A DNA stretch of 63,641 bases, filler included, from Candidatus Omnitrophota bacterium (GCA_015233495.1; 3 parts of 3 records of this genome joined end to end with filler, not necessarily neighbours in it), one strand, 5' to 3'; shown: positions 1-8,917, counted from the first letter of the whole stretch. Program-made: numbers and translations. Notes: generated by a model not told the origin, from the sequence alone.

Positions 1-439
1 GCCGTTTCATTCTTCCCGCTCCCACGAAATCATATTAGCGCCGAAAGTCTATGGTTTTGACACCGGATTTATTTGTCATTATCGGGGTTGGAATGATTTA
101 CGGCCGGATGATAAAGGCATTCTCTGGGAGCATTTTGTTCTCAATGAACTCTATGCCCAATTGCAGACTAATGATTTGCGTTATTGGCGCGACAAACAAA
201 AACACGAAATTGACATTGTCATCCCGCACGCCCGAACCCCAATCGCCATAGAATGCAAATGGAAAGCCGCGGCGTTTCAGGAAAGCCCGGTCGCGTCTTT
301 TATAAAACAATATCCTACGGCAAAAATTTTTGTCGTAACCACCGACACGCCCCGTCCCTATACCAAGCACGCGGCCGGTACAACGATTAGTTTCATTGGT
401 TTGGATGACCTGATCAAAGCCCTCATCCCCAGCCCCTAA
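1..439 (+). CDS. ATP-binding protein, C-terminal DUF4143 (PD-(D/E)XK-like) domain; 5'-partial
   Basis: Frame from base 2 is open: PKVYGFDTG...GILWEHFVLNEL...LRYWRDKQKHEIDIV...IAIECKW, typical of AAA_14/DUF4143 proteins. Confidence 0.85.
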   Translation, partial: PFHSSRSHEIILAPKVYGFDTGFICHYRGWNDLRPDDKGILWEHFVLNELYAQLQTNDLRYWRDKQKHEIDIVIPHARTPIAIECKWKAAAFQESPVASFIKQYPTAKIFVVTTDTPRPYTKHAAGTTISFIGLDDLIKALIPSP

Positions 440-445
440 TCCCTT

Positions 446-3400
446 TTAAACCTTCGCGAATTTCTTCACGTCCGCCGGGGATTCTTCTTCGTTTAAACCC
501 AAGATCGGCATGACGCTCNNNNNNNNNNGAATCGGAATGATCTGCAAAATAATGCCTTGCAACCCAGTGAAATTCCCGGAGCGCAATTGCTCCGCGATCG
601 CCGAGCTGGCCTTGAACTCAATCCCTTTGCCCTCCTTGACCACATCCAACCCCATCTTGTTTCCGTTCAAATCCAAACCGCCGGGAGTCAAGGCCGGCGA
701 GGCGGCGGCATCTTTCCTTGTCGGAGCAGAAACAGCTTTAAATGCGGATATGCCTTTAGCCAATTGAAAAGAGCCATCCGAGAATTCTGTGATCATTGAC
801 CAACCAGATTCATACGTCAATAACCTATTTCCCATGGATATATGGAATACATACATATCGCCAGGAAACATTTGTTGCGTGCCTGAATCACGGAGACGGA
901 AAGTTGCCACAATCTGTTCGCCTTGCGGCTCTATTGATATGTCTAAATCGAGTTTAGCCTGCTCGGGGTACTGTAATGCCGACAAAGTTTTATCCACAAA
1001 TTCGTCAATCTGTTTTTTTGCCTCTGGATAAACGTTTTGAATCGTATCTGATAAAACCGCATTATAATCCACGTTGGGCATTTGTGACACAGACAGGGCC
1101 TGATTATTGGGCGCGTCGCTCCAAAAAGAAACCACAATTTTGTTCCCCATCAGCTTTAATTCAACGGGAAACTGATGGGTTACATTCAGGCCGTCTTCAA
1201 ATGAAACCATTTGCGCCAACGAATGGCCAGCCATAGCCGCCTTCCGAATGGACTCAGATTCAACAAATTCTGTTCTGTTTCGTCCCGGGACGTTGAGAAT
1301 AACCCTATAATTTTCTTGATACTCAAGAACTGCTCTTTGGTCAATTTGCGAGTCCTGATTCAAGTCAATGACATACCTCTTTTCCAGTACATTCCAAAAA
1401 ATTTTACCCATGCCATTTCTTAAAGGAATTTCTACGTATTTTCCCGCTTGTCCTATGATCGTGTCATGAGAAACAACCCCTAATTCTCCCGGCCGGCCAT
1501 AATGAATTTCCAAATTTCCTGTACCCGTACGGTACAATGTCACGTCCGTTTTATTTACTCCCGGAGTATTGATCGTTAAATAGACCCCCGCCGAACTATC
1601 CCCAATAAGTCCAAAAACCTTATTGACCTTCCCCTGATTCTTAATAACAATCGGAGAAGACCCCGCGCTTCCTGCCTTCTCTTTGATCTGCGAGGCGGCG
1701 GGTCTGCCGGACTGGACAGAGGCTGTCTTTCCTGCTGGGGATCCTGCGGTATCTTCTATCAAAAGGTTCCTTTGTTTTAATATGTAACGAACCATCCGCT
1801 CGGCATACTTGACCGACATTTCCCGTCCATTATATTCCAGCAGATCACCTTTATTTATGAAAACTCGCTGGGTTTGCAGTCTTTGCATTTCCTCTGCCAC
1901 AGTAACAGGACCTTGTCTTGTGACAAAAGGAAAGAGAGAATCCACCAATAAGGCGTTAACACCCAGAGCATCAGCCTTATTTATAAAATCAGCTAATTCT
2001 ACATATCTTGATCCGGGAGCCGCCAAACCCAAATTGGCGGCTAAGTAGGTTTGAATCTCTATGGGCATACTTGAAAATGGCTTCGAAGCTAAAAACGCGT
2101 CCGTTTTTATAGACTGCATGACCGTATGACATACAGCATACAAAATTTCTCTTCTCGAACCATAAAATCTTCCTGTAATCAAACTAGCAAGCGCTTGCCA
2201 ATCATTTGCTTCAATCATAATATTTGTTTTAGCAATCACTGCTTCAATTTCTCTCTCTTCGCTACTATTAGAAACCGGAGATGAAACAGCGCCGGACACA
2301 GCATTGGCCACAAGAGCAATCCGGCCTTGCGGTATTAATGCCGCTCTTTCGCCTAAGTTGGCCGGGCTGGACACAATTTCCGGAATCGGTGATGGCTGAA
2401 ACCCGCCGGAAAAATATTTTCGGGATGTGGTTTCATCGCTGATTGGGTCGGTGTCTTCTTTGATATAGTTGAACACGCCTTGCTTGAAGGCTTGCAAATA
2501 GCGGTTGTAGATTTTGTCTTTTTCAGTCTGGTCAGCGGTTTCCACCCCGCCGGTTTTACCTTGGTTGCTGTAAACTTGATTGATGAGCGAATTTTTGAGG
2601 GATTTTTTATACCAGGAAGCCAAAATCATCGCGTGAAACATCTGGCGCAGTTGGGTGAAATTTTTGCCTTGGTTCACTTCTTTTTCGATTTCGGGGATGA
2701 TGATTTCTTTAACGGCTTGGGCGGCAAGCGCGTGGGCCGCTTGCGTTCGAGAATGGTCAGCGGAAAGAGTCGCCCCTGGGGCTTTCGTCCCACTGCCCAC
2801 TGCCAACTGCTTATTGCCGGATTTTCCGGCCGCCACATAATCCTCTTCCATCATCACCTTCATCCGCCAACCGATGACAAACGCCGCGTTGTTGCGCTCC
2901 AAGACCTTGGCGTGGTCAGCTACGATCCAGACTTTGTTGAAAGTATCTACGGGAATATCGACATTGCCATATTGTTTTTGCACTTTGGCATAAACGCTGT
3001 CCCAGAATTTCTTCCCTAACTCTTTTTCCGGATACAACAAAGACGCGGTGAGCTGTTTCAACACATAATCCTGGGCCAGCATATCCCGGCCCATTTCGGT
3101 CTTGCCTAAATCTTTGGGGATCATCCGGTCTTTTTCATACGGCGACAAGTTCACCCAGAGGTCGTCTTCCTTAATTGTAAGCGAAGCCAAAAAATATTTA
3201 ATCAGTTTCTGCGCCTCGGCCTTGAACTGCGGCCCGTCGATCTTATATCCCGAATGGCCGGAATCTATAATAAAATCAAACAACAAAGGATTGTCCGGAT
3301 GCACGACCATCCCCTTCATCATGACCGGCACAAACGCGTTAGTCGGCGTGACCATAGCGCCGGGCAACGGCAAATAAGCCAATTGCGCAAACGCCGCCTG

Positions 3401-3490
3401 GCCCGGGCCCAGGGTCAAGCTGCAGGTCAAGACCAAAACAGCGGACAGAATACGGAACCAACGGGATTTTTTGAACTGGGTGGTAAACAT
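446..3490 (-). CDS. Large secreted modular protein (signal peptide, conserved N-terminal domain, variable AT-rich middle, C-terminal GGLDLN domain)
   Basis: 1014-aa ORF with GGAGG RBS; basic/hydrophobic N-terminus ending AFA-Q; motifs NPLLFDFIID, DLWVNLSPYE, GRDMLAQDYVLKQ, RKYFSGG and terminal PGGLDLN...GLQGIILQI that I recall from large Omnitrophota proteins; 10-N gap near the 3' end. Confidence 0.8.
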   Translation of the reverse strand: MFTTQFKKSRWFRILSAVLVLTCSLTLGPGQAAFAQLAYLPLPGAMVTPTNAFVPVMMKGMVVHPDNPLLFDFIIDSGHSGYKIDGPQFKAEAQKLIKYFLASLTIKEDDLWVNLSPYEKDRMIPKDLGKTEMGRDMLAQDYVLKQLTASLLYPEKELGKKFWDSVYAKVQKQYGNVDIPVDTFNKVWIVADHAKVLERNNAAFVIGWRMKVMMEEDYVAAGKSGNKQLAVGSGTKAPGATLSADHSRTQAAHALAAQAVKEIIIPEIEKEVNQGKNFTQLRQMFHAMILASWYKKSLKNSLINQVYSNQGKTGGVETADQTEKDKIYNRYLQAFKQGVFNYIKEDTDPISDETTSRKYFSGGFQPSPIPEIVSSPANLGERAALIPQGRIALVANAVSGAVSSPVSNSSEEREIEAVIAKTNIMIEANDWQALASLITGRFYGSRREILYAVCHTVMQSIKTDAFLASKPFSSMPIEIQTYLAANLGLAAPGSRYVELADFINKADALGVNALLVDSLFPFVTRQGPVTVAEEMQRLQTQRVFINKGDLLEYNGREMSVKYAERMVRYILKQRNLLIEDTAGSPAGKTASVQSGRPAASQIKEKAGSAGSSPIVIKNQGKVNKVFGLIGDSSAGVYLTINTPGVNKTDVTLYRTGTGNLEIHYGRPGELGVVSHDTIIGQAGKYVEIPLRNGMGKIFWNVLEKRYVIDLNQDSQIDQRAVLEYQENYRVILNVPGRNRTEFVESESIRKAAMAGHSLAQMVSFEDGLNVTHQFPVELKLMGNKIVVSFWSDAPNNQALSVSQMPNVDYNAVLSDTIQNVYPEAKKQIDEFVDKTLSALQYPEQAKLDLDISIEPQGEQIVATFRLRDSGTQQMFPGDMYVFHISMGNRLLTYESGWSMITEFSDGSFQLAKGISAFKAVSAPTRKDAAASPALTPGGLDLNGNKMGLDVVKEGKGIEFKASSAIAEQLRSGNFTGLQGIILQIIPIXXXXSVMPILGLNEEESPADVKKFAKV

Positions 3491-3639
3491 GGCTTAACCT
3501 CCGGTTTAAAAATTAAAAATTTGTCGACTTTTGATTTCTTTGATTTTATGAAAAGCCGTTTAAAAAATACCACATAAATCAAAAAAAGCAAGTTTTTGAG
3601 GCGGCGCTGCCGGAGAAGAGTGTGAGGATTTAGGCGGAT

Positions 3640-3783
3640 TTAAACGATCGCGACTTTTTTGATTTCTCTTGCCGCGATTTTTCCCAATTTGAGGTCCGCG
3701 GTCATAAAAATTCACGATTCGGACAATACCGCGCTGGCGAGTTGATGCATATTCTTAATTTTTGACTTATATTTATTCAACAA
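3640..3783 (-). pseudogene. Relic of the 3' part of a vapC (PIN) gene
   Basis: 3640-3745 is about 95% identical to 4711-4816; weaker homology continues to 3783; contains an in-frame TGA (SES*IFMTADLKLGKIAAREIKKVAIV). Confidence 0.85.
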
Positions 3784-4198
3784 AGAAACTCCCCTTTTTT
3801 AAGACGACCCGTTTGATGTCCCGTTTCCATCCCGGCACGCGAATGTTCGCGTTGTGTTTATAAATATCCGCGATTGGCAAATTTCTTTCCTTGTTCGATC
3901 GATTTATAACTTTACTCGTTAAAGGCACAGCTTGAATGCTCACGGAAAAACCGATGCCTAACAAAACTTTCTGCAGCGTCGACATACTGCTGAATTCGCC
4001 ATTCTCAATTTTGGATATATGCTGTTGCGTAATGCCGATTTGTTTGGCAAGTTGTCTTTGACTCATTTTATGTTCAATACGATAGGCGATGATCTTTTTT
4101 ACAACTTCCAGTTTCTGCTGATCCAATTCATACAACTCTTTGAAATAAGGATCTTTTAACAACTTTTGCAAATGGTCTCGAAATGTATATTCTTTCAT
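3773..4198 (-). CDS. HigA-like XRE/HTH antitoxin with a C-terminal extension derived from a Phd/YefM antitoxin
   Basis: HTH motif MSQRQLAKQIGITQQHISKIENG; follows the RelE-like toxin with ATGA overlap; tail 3791-3890 duplicates 5172-5271. Confidence 0.85.
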   Translation of the reverse strand: MKEYTFRDHLQKLLKDPYFKELYELDQQKLEVVKKIIAYRIEHKMSQRQLAKQIGITQQHISKIENGEFSSMSTLQKVLLGIGFSVSIQAVPLTSKVINRSNKERNLPIADIYKHNANIRVPGWKRDIKRVVLKKGSFFVE

Positions 4199-4548
4199 GA
4201 CGCGCCTCCTTGCTGTTCCTGAAAATAGATTTCCTTCCTAACCACAGCTGTTTCTTTTTCCTTAACCGGCGTCTTGTTCGTTTTCTTGATAAAACCATTG
4301 GTGAGCACCGCTTTATCACCCGCAAAAAAGAAATACAACACCCGAATCGCCCCTTCCACACTCTCGAGTCTCAATTCAAATATTTCACTACCTATATATT
4401 TCGCGTGCGGGGCGGTTAATTTCCGGCCAAAACTTTCCAACAGCTCCACCTTATCCATAAATTTTCTTTGCGACCGAATATTTAACCCATCCACAAATTC
4501 CTCAACCGGCCGTCGGCCCGATGCTAAAACAAAATAGACAACCTTCAT
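4195..4548 (-). CDS. RelE/HigB (Gp49-like) toxin
   Basis: SGRRPVEEF...PHAKYIGSEIFELR...IRVLYFF...LTNGFIKKTNKTP motifs; start at MKVVYF. Confidence 0.9.
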   Translation of the reverse strand: MKVVYFVLASGRRPVEEFVDGLNIRSQRKFMDKVELLESFGRKLTAPHAKYIGSEIFELRLESVEGAIRVLYFFFAGDKAVLTNGFIKKTNKTPVKEKETAVVRKEIYFQEQQGGAS

Positions 4549-4585
4549 TCTTGCCCCCCCCCGCAAATCTGACCGATCTATTTAA

Positions 4586-4614
4586 AATATACAATCAAAT
4601 AGTTGTCAAGTCAA
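4586..4614 (-). promoter_or_regulatory. Sigma70-like promoter of the toxin-HTH antitoxin pair
   Basis: TTGACT-17 nt-TATATT about 40 nt upstream of the toxin start. Confidence 0.55.
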
Positions 4615-4626
4615 TATAAAAATACC

Positions 4627-4712
4627 AATAAAGGTGACGGACACTTTTTCTTAAGCTGAGCCTCGATTTTTTCGATCGATCCGCATCAGAAAAAGTGTCC
4701 GTCACCTTTATT
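4627..4712. repeat. REP-like inverted repeat, perfect 25-bp arms
   Basis: AATAAAGGTGACGGACACTTTTTCT ... AGAAAAAGTGTCCGTCACCTTTATT; related copy at 44577-44649. Confidence 0.85.
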
Positions 4713-5124
4713 AAACGATCGCGACTTTTTTGATTTCTCTTGCCGCGATTTTTCCCAATTTGAGGTCGGAGGTAATAAAAATTCCCGATTCGGACAAAAC
4801 CGCGCTGGCGAGTTGAATCGTATCCAATGTTTTTAACTGATACTTGTTCAACAATTTCATCCCGCATTCACACAAATTGTCGTTGAATTCGATCACGGAA
4901 AAATAATCAAAATCAATAGCGATTTCCCTCGCCAATAAATCCGCGGCGGACTGGCTGATTTCTTTTTGGTAAACTTGACGCGTCAGGACCGCCGTCAACT
5001 CTAAAAATGTGACCGGGGATACGACCACTTCATCGGCTTCATTGAGATGTTGGGCCAGCAAATCGGAATGGTCGTCTTCAACGTATTTTTTCCATAAACT
5101 GGACGTGTCAACGCAAACTCTCAA
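4711..5124 (-). CDS. vapC: VapC-family PIN-domain toxin
   Basis: N-terminal VDTSSLWKKYVE, conserved E and LKTLDTIQLASA, FITSD acidic PIN residues. Confidence 0.9.
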   Translation of the reverse strand: MRVCVDTSSLWKKYVEDDHSDLLAQHLNEADEVVVSPVTFLELTAVLTRQVYQKEISQSAADLLAREIAIDFDYFSVIEFNDNLCECGMKLLNKYQLKTLDTIQLASAVLSESGIFITSDLKLGKIAAREIKKVAIV

Positions 5125-5357
5125 AATCGCTCCTTTTCCCGGTCAAGAATCGTCTCTCTCGACAAGGAAAGCCCCTTTTTCAAGACAACCCGTTTGATGT
5201 CCCGTTTCCACCCCGGCACGCGGATGTTCGCGTTGTGTTTATAAATATCCACAATCGGCAAATTCCTTTCCATCAGCGTAATCCCTTCCCCGGATTTAAC
5301 CTCTTGCAAATAATCTTTATAATGATGCAGAAATTCCCGAATACCGATTTTTATCAT
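5121..5357 (-). CDS. Phd/YefM-family antitoxin
   Basis: IGIREFLHHYKDYLQEVKSGEGITLMERNLPI motif; overlaps the vapC start; AGGAGG RBS. Confidence 0.85.
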   Translation of the reverse strand: MIKIGIREFLHHYKDYLQEVKSGEGITLMERNLPIVDIYKHNANIRVPGWKRDIKRVVLKKGLSLSRETILDREKERF

Positions 5358-5384
5358 CAGACCGCCTCCTTTTTATCCACAAAA

Positions 5385-5412
5385 AGTTTAACATTTGTTA
5401 TACATTTGTCAA
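5385..5412 (-). promoter_or_regulatory. Sigma70 promoter with overlapping operator-like repeats for the Phd-VapC pair
   Basis: TTGACA-16 nt-TAAACT with extended TGn; ACATTTGT repeated twice in the spacer region. Confidence 0.6.
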
Positions 5413-5463
5413 ACATATTTTAGGATCAGTCGGCGTTCGGATGAAACCCCATGAACGTTTAAG

Positions 5464-5518
5464 GTGGTCGCAATTTGCGACCACTTGTTTTTGACATCAC
5501 AAAATGTGATGTCAAAAA
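5464..5518. repeat. Two adjacent perfect palindromes related to the palindrome inside ORF6N
   Basis: GTGGTCGCAA-T-TTGCGACCAC (5464-5484) and TTTTTGACATCACA-AAA-TGTGATGTCAAAAA (5488-5518). Confidence 0.85.
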
Positions 5519-5538
5519 TACCATATTGTTTCTCTCCA

Positions 5539-5853
5539 TTAATGATTAGGGTGAAAACCAATACTTGTTTTAGGTTTCTCTGGTTCGGAGCGACGGCCTC
5601 CCCAACTTGAGGTTGCAAATTGTGACCTCAAGTTTTCTAATTCAACTTCTGTTAATTCGAACATAAAATCTTCTGGAAAGCGATCCCTGTTTCTTCTAAC
5701 TTGTTGGTTAAGACGTTTTGTTTCTACCCCATATAAACTAGCCAAATCACGGTCCAACATTACTTTCTTGCCACGAATAACATAGATCATCCCCGCAATG
5801 GCATCTGTTTCCATTTCAACAGAATATTGGGATTGTTTTTTAACCTGTATCAT
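5539..5853 (-). CDS. ORF6N (KilA-N-like) DNA-binding domain protein, shortened
   Basis: IYVIRGKKVMLDRDLASLYGVETKRLNQQVRRNRDRFPEDFMFELT...LRSQFATSSWGGRR, then jumps to a PEKPKTSIGF tail. Confidence 0.85.
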   Translation of the reverse strand: MIQVKKQSQYSVEMETDAIAGMIYVIRGKKVMLDRDLASLYGVETKRLNQQVRRNRDRFPEDFMFELTEVELENLRSQFATSSWGGRRSEPEKPKTSIGFHPNH

Positions 5854-5865
5854 AAAAACTCCCTT

Positions 5866-6828
5866 TTAATTTAATATATATCCCCCGCCGCTGGTCCAGC
5901 CTTGGACGGTTAGGATTTCTTTGATTTGGCGGCCGGCTTGGGTGTTGGGGCTTTTTTCGATGGCGACTAAGAGGTTGACGGCTTCGACTATGGCTTCGGG
6001 GATGGGTTGGACATTGGCTTCCTGGATGAGTTGTTCCAAGCGCAGCAGGCCTTTGGCCGCGCGGTTGGCGTGGATCGTGGCCATGCCGCCGGGATGGCCG
6101 GTGTTCCAGGCCTTGATCAGAGTATGGGCTTCTTTGCCGCGGACTTCGCCGACAATGATGCGGTCCGGACGCAGGCGCATGCAATAACGCAAAAGATCGT
6201 CCATGGAACGCGTGTCCGAGGTGCGCAGATAAATTTTGTTGGGCACCGCGCACTGGAGTTCGAGCGTGTCTTCAATCAGAATCACCCGCTCTTGGGGCGC
6301 AATCGCGGACATTTCATTGAGCAAGGCGTTGCAAAATGTGGTTTTCCCGGACCCGGTGCCGCCGATCACCAAAATCGAACACTTTGCGGCAATGGCGGCG
6401 CGCAAACATTGGCTTTGCTCCTCGGTCAAGACCCCTTGCCTGACATATTCGGACAGCGGGATGACCCGCGACGCGGGTTTGCGAATGCAAAACACCGGGT
6501 TGGACACGATCGGCGGTATCAGCCCTTGAAACCGGTATTTTTTCACCTCGCCGTTCGCGAACAGTTTGATTTCTGCCGCGATGTTCGGGCTTTCGGCATT
6601 GATATCCTCGCCGCTGATGCTGGCCACCGTATTGATCAGATTGCGGCCGCGGTCCGCGGAATAATCCCGGTAATGCCGCAAGCCTTCATAAGTATCGACC
6701 CACAAAGCCCCGTCTTCATTGAGCATGATCTCCACAATGTCCGGGTCAGCGAGCGCGGCCATGATCTCCGGACCGAGATCGCTTTGCAATTTGTCCTGCA
6801 CGCGTTGATGGCGCTCAATCAGACTCAT
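5866..6828 (-). CDS. trbB: P-type conjugative transfer ATPase TrbB (VirB11)
   Basis: EIMLNEDG, Walker A GGTGSGKTT, IEDTLELQ, RLRPDRIIVGEVRG, AWNTGHPGGMATIHAN. Confidence 0.95.
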   Translation of the reverse strand: MSLIERHQRVQDKLQSDLGPEIMAALADPDIVEIMLNEDGALWVDTYEGLRHYRDYSADRGRNLINTVASISGEDINAESPNIAAEIKLFANGEVKKYRFQGLIPPIVSNPVFCIRKPASRVIPLSEYVRQGVLTEEQSQCLRAAIAAKCSILVIGGTGSGKTTFCNALLNEMSAIAPQERVILIEDTLELQCAVPNKIYLRTSDTRSMDDLLRYCMRLRPDRIIVGEVRGKEAHTLIKAWNTGHPGGMATIHANRAAKGLLRLEQLIQEANVQPIPEAIVEAVNLLVAIEKSPNTQAGRQIKEILTVQGWTSGGGYILN

Positions 6829-8035
6829 CCGGACCCCGCAGAGGTTCCAATATCAGGTCATTCATCACCATCACGTTGAATTTGTATCCCGGGGCCACTG
6901 TCAGGGTCGGCTGGATATTCAAATTTTTTTCCGTAATATTCGAAATCGAATCCGTCAACGGCTGGCTGGACCGGTTGTTGACCGTGACCGTAGAGGCGTC
7001 TGACGCGCCGCCGATCGCCAGGCGTTCGGATTCGGCGCCGACCAGACTCAACAATAAGGCGTTCCCGAAAATTTTCGCGTAGTGATAGTCCACCTGTCCG
7101 GAAAACCCGGCGTATCCGGACACGTCCACGCCCTGCATTTTATCCAAAAAAATCGTTGATCCGTCGGGAAACATGAGCCGCGTCCACACGACCAAAGCCC
7201 GGGCCTGACCGTACGTCACTTGACTGTCATAAACTCCGATCAGCTTGGCGCCTTGCGGAATGAGCAGAAAGTTGCCGGTGACCGTGTCATAGACATTTTC
7301 CGCTACCTGGCTGACTACCGCACCCGGCAAATCAGAGTTCAGTCCGGTGATCAGCGCGGCCGGGATCACGGTCCCGGCTTTGATTTCATAGGACGAAATT
7401 GGTTTTTGTTTGGAATACGGCAAATATTCACCCGGCCGAAAATCGCCTTTCACAAACCGGGATTTCAGTGACTGCCCGTTTTGGTCCCCGCCTCGACCGT
7501 CTTGCCCCCCGCCGGAGCCTTCCCCGTTCGTTGGCCCGCTCACGCCGGGCGCCGGGGATCCGGTTGCCGATTGCGGCACTCCGGCGACACCCGGCATTGA
7601 CAACTGCACATTGATCGCGGAACGCTCGGCGGAATACTGCGCTTGTTGTTCCGCGGTTTGCTGATCATAATAAAATTTCACCATCTCCAATTGAGAGCGC
7701 GTGGCTTCGCTCAAAATTTGTTGTTGGAATTTTTTTTCTGCCTCGGACAATTTCGGTTTTTTCTTGCGTTTGGGCGGATCTTCCTCTTCGTCATCGTTGT
7801 TGACTACGTCTTCCAATTTCACCTGGGAATTGCTGAACCATTCTTCCTGATTGTCGGGCGGCGCAATGACCGCGGCGCGGCTGGGTTCGGAGGCGCTATC
7901 CGGCTTTTTTGCCGACGGCGCGTTTTTATACACTAAATAAATCAACGAACCAGCGACCACTGCCATGCCGATGATTAACGGCGTTTTCTGATAGCGCTGA
8001 CCATTCTCAAGCGATTGCTCTGTCTTATTTTTCAT
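6815..8035 (-). CDS. trbI: TrbI/VirB10 core-complex protein
   Basis: N-terminal TM; YEIKAGTVIPAALITGLNSDLPG, VYDTVTG, LIPQGAKLIGVYDS, NIQPTLTVAPG. Confidence 0.95.
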   Translation of the reverse strand: MKNKTEQSLENGQRYQKTPLIIGMAVVAGSLIYLVYKNAPSAKKPDSASEPSRAAVIAPPDNQEEWFSNSQVKLEDVVNNDDEEEDPPKRKKKPKLSEAEKKFQQQILSEATRSQLEMVKFYYDQQTAEQQAQYSAERSAINVQLSMPGVAGVPQSATGSPAPGVSGPTNGEGSGGGQDGRGGDQNGQSLKSRFVKGDFRPGEYLPYSKQKPISSYEIKAGTVIPAALITGLNSDLPGAVVSQVAENVYDTVTGNFLLIPQGAKLIGVYDSQVTYGQARALVVWTRLMFPDGSTIFLDKMQGVDVSGYAGFSGQVDYHYAKIFGNALLLSLVGAESERLAIGGASDASTVTVNNRSSQPLTDSISNITEKNLNIQPTLTVAPGYKFNVMVMNDLILEPLRGPDESD

Positions 8036-8903
8036 TTTTCTTAATGATCCGGACGGTTTGTTCGTGTTTGCCGTTAGATAATATCAACACGCCCCGGTCG
8101 AATAACCGGTCAATGACTAAAAAAGGCGGTTGATACCGGTAATTCGCCAGTTCCCGGACACCCAAACTGCCCTCGATGAAAAACACGGGCATTTCATGAT
8201 TGTTGACCCGGTCGGAAAATTTGATGAACACTTTATGATCATCATCAAACACCATGATCGGATACCAGCTCAAATGCCGGTCGCCTTTCAGTTGATAATG
8301 AAAATTCATCTTATTGACCGCGACTGTTGTGGATGGCCCCTGGGACAGCGGGGACACGCCCGCGACCTGGGAGGCGATGTCGTCTTGCGGATAAGTGAAC
8401 CCAATGCGCGGCGTAAACTCGCCCTCGTTGACGGATTGAACGTGCACGTCATACACCCGGCGGTCAGTGGTGATCATGATGTTGGTTTCAATCCCGTTGC
8501 CGTAATAGGGTTTAAGCATCACGATCGGTTTAGAGTTGTCCGCCTTGCCCATGCGGACAACTTTGATGTTCCACCGTTCATTGTCGCCGGACACAACATC
8601 AGTCACCACCTCGCCTTCTTGCAATTCGATACTGCAGACGCGCAATTTTCCGCAAATCACCTTGGGCTGTCTCTGGCCATAAGGGTACAACACCAAATTA
8701 TCCTGCCGGACAATCACATCAACCTGGCCTTGATTCTCAACCGTCGCTATTTTCCCGATCTCCGCCGAATTATCCAACCGCCCCTTGATCGCCTTATGCT
8801 CAATCACCACGTCTTCAAAACCCGCGACTGCCGACTCCTCTTGCGCGTCGGCAAGACAAGCTGTCATCCAAACACTCATGATCAGAATAATCACTTTTTT
8901 CAA
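8025..8903 (-). CDS. trbG: TrbG/VirB9 core-complex protein
   Basis: TTG start after AGGAGG; signal peptide; YPYG...IELQEGE...GDNERW...TNIMITTDRRVY...VFDDDHKVFI...NYR...VIDRLF. Confidence 0.9.
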   Translation of the reverse strand: MKKVIILIMSVWMTACLADAQEESAVAGFEDVVIEHKAIKGRLDNSAEIGKIATVENQGQVDVIVRQDNLVLYPYGQRQPKVICGKLRVCSIELQEGEVVTDVVSGDNERWNIKVVRMGKADNSKPIVMLKPYYGNGIETNIMITTDRRVYDVHVQSVNEGEFTPRIGFTYPQDDIASQVAGVSPLSQGPSTTVAVNKMNFHYQLKGDRHLSWYPIMVFDDDHKVFIKFSDRVNNHEMPVFFIEGSLGVRELANYRYQPPFLVIDRLFDRGVLILSNGKHEQTVRIIKKNEK

Positions 8904-8917
8904 TGCCCCCTCCTGCG

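Noticed and set aside
2789..2818. Degenerate 7-bp tandem repeat (CCCACTG) inside the large secreted protein
   Set aside because: Four imperfect units in a probable loop; too short and degenerate to argue for phase variation.
6007..6879. Long opposite-strand ORFs (e.g. 6007-6879, 8130-8954, 30744-31550, 43632-44450, 45992-46954)
   Set aside because: Antisense shadows of well-supported genes, with no recognisable motifs.
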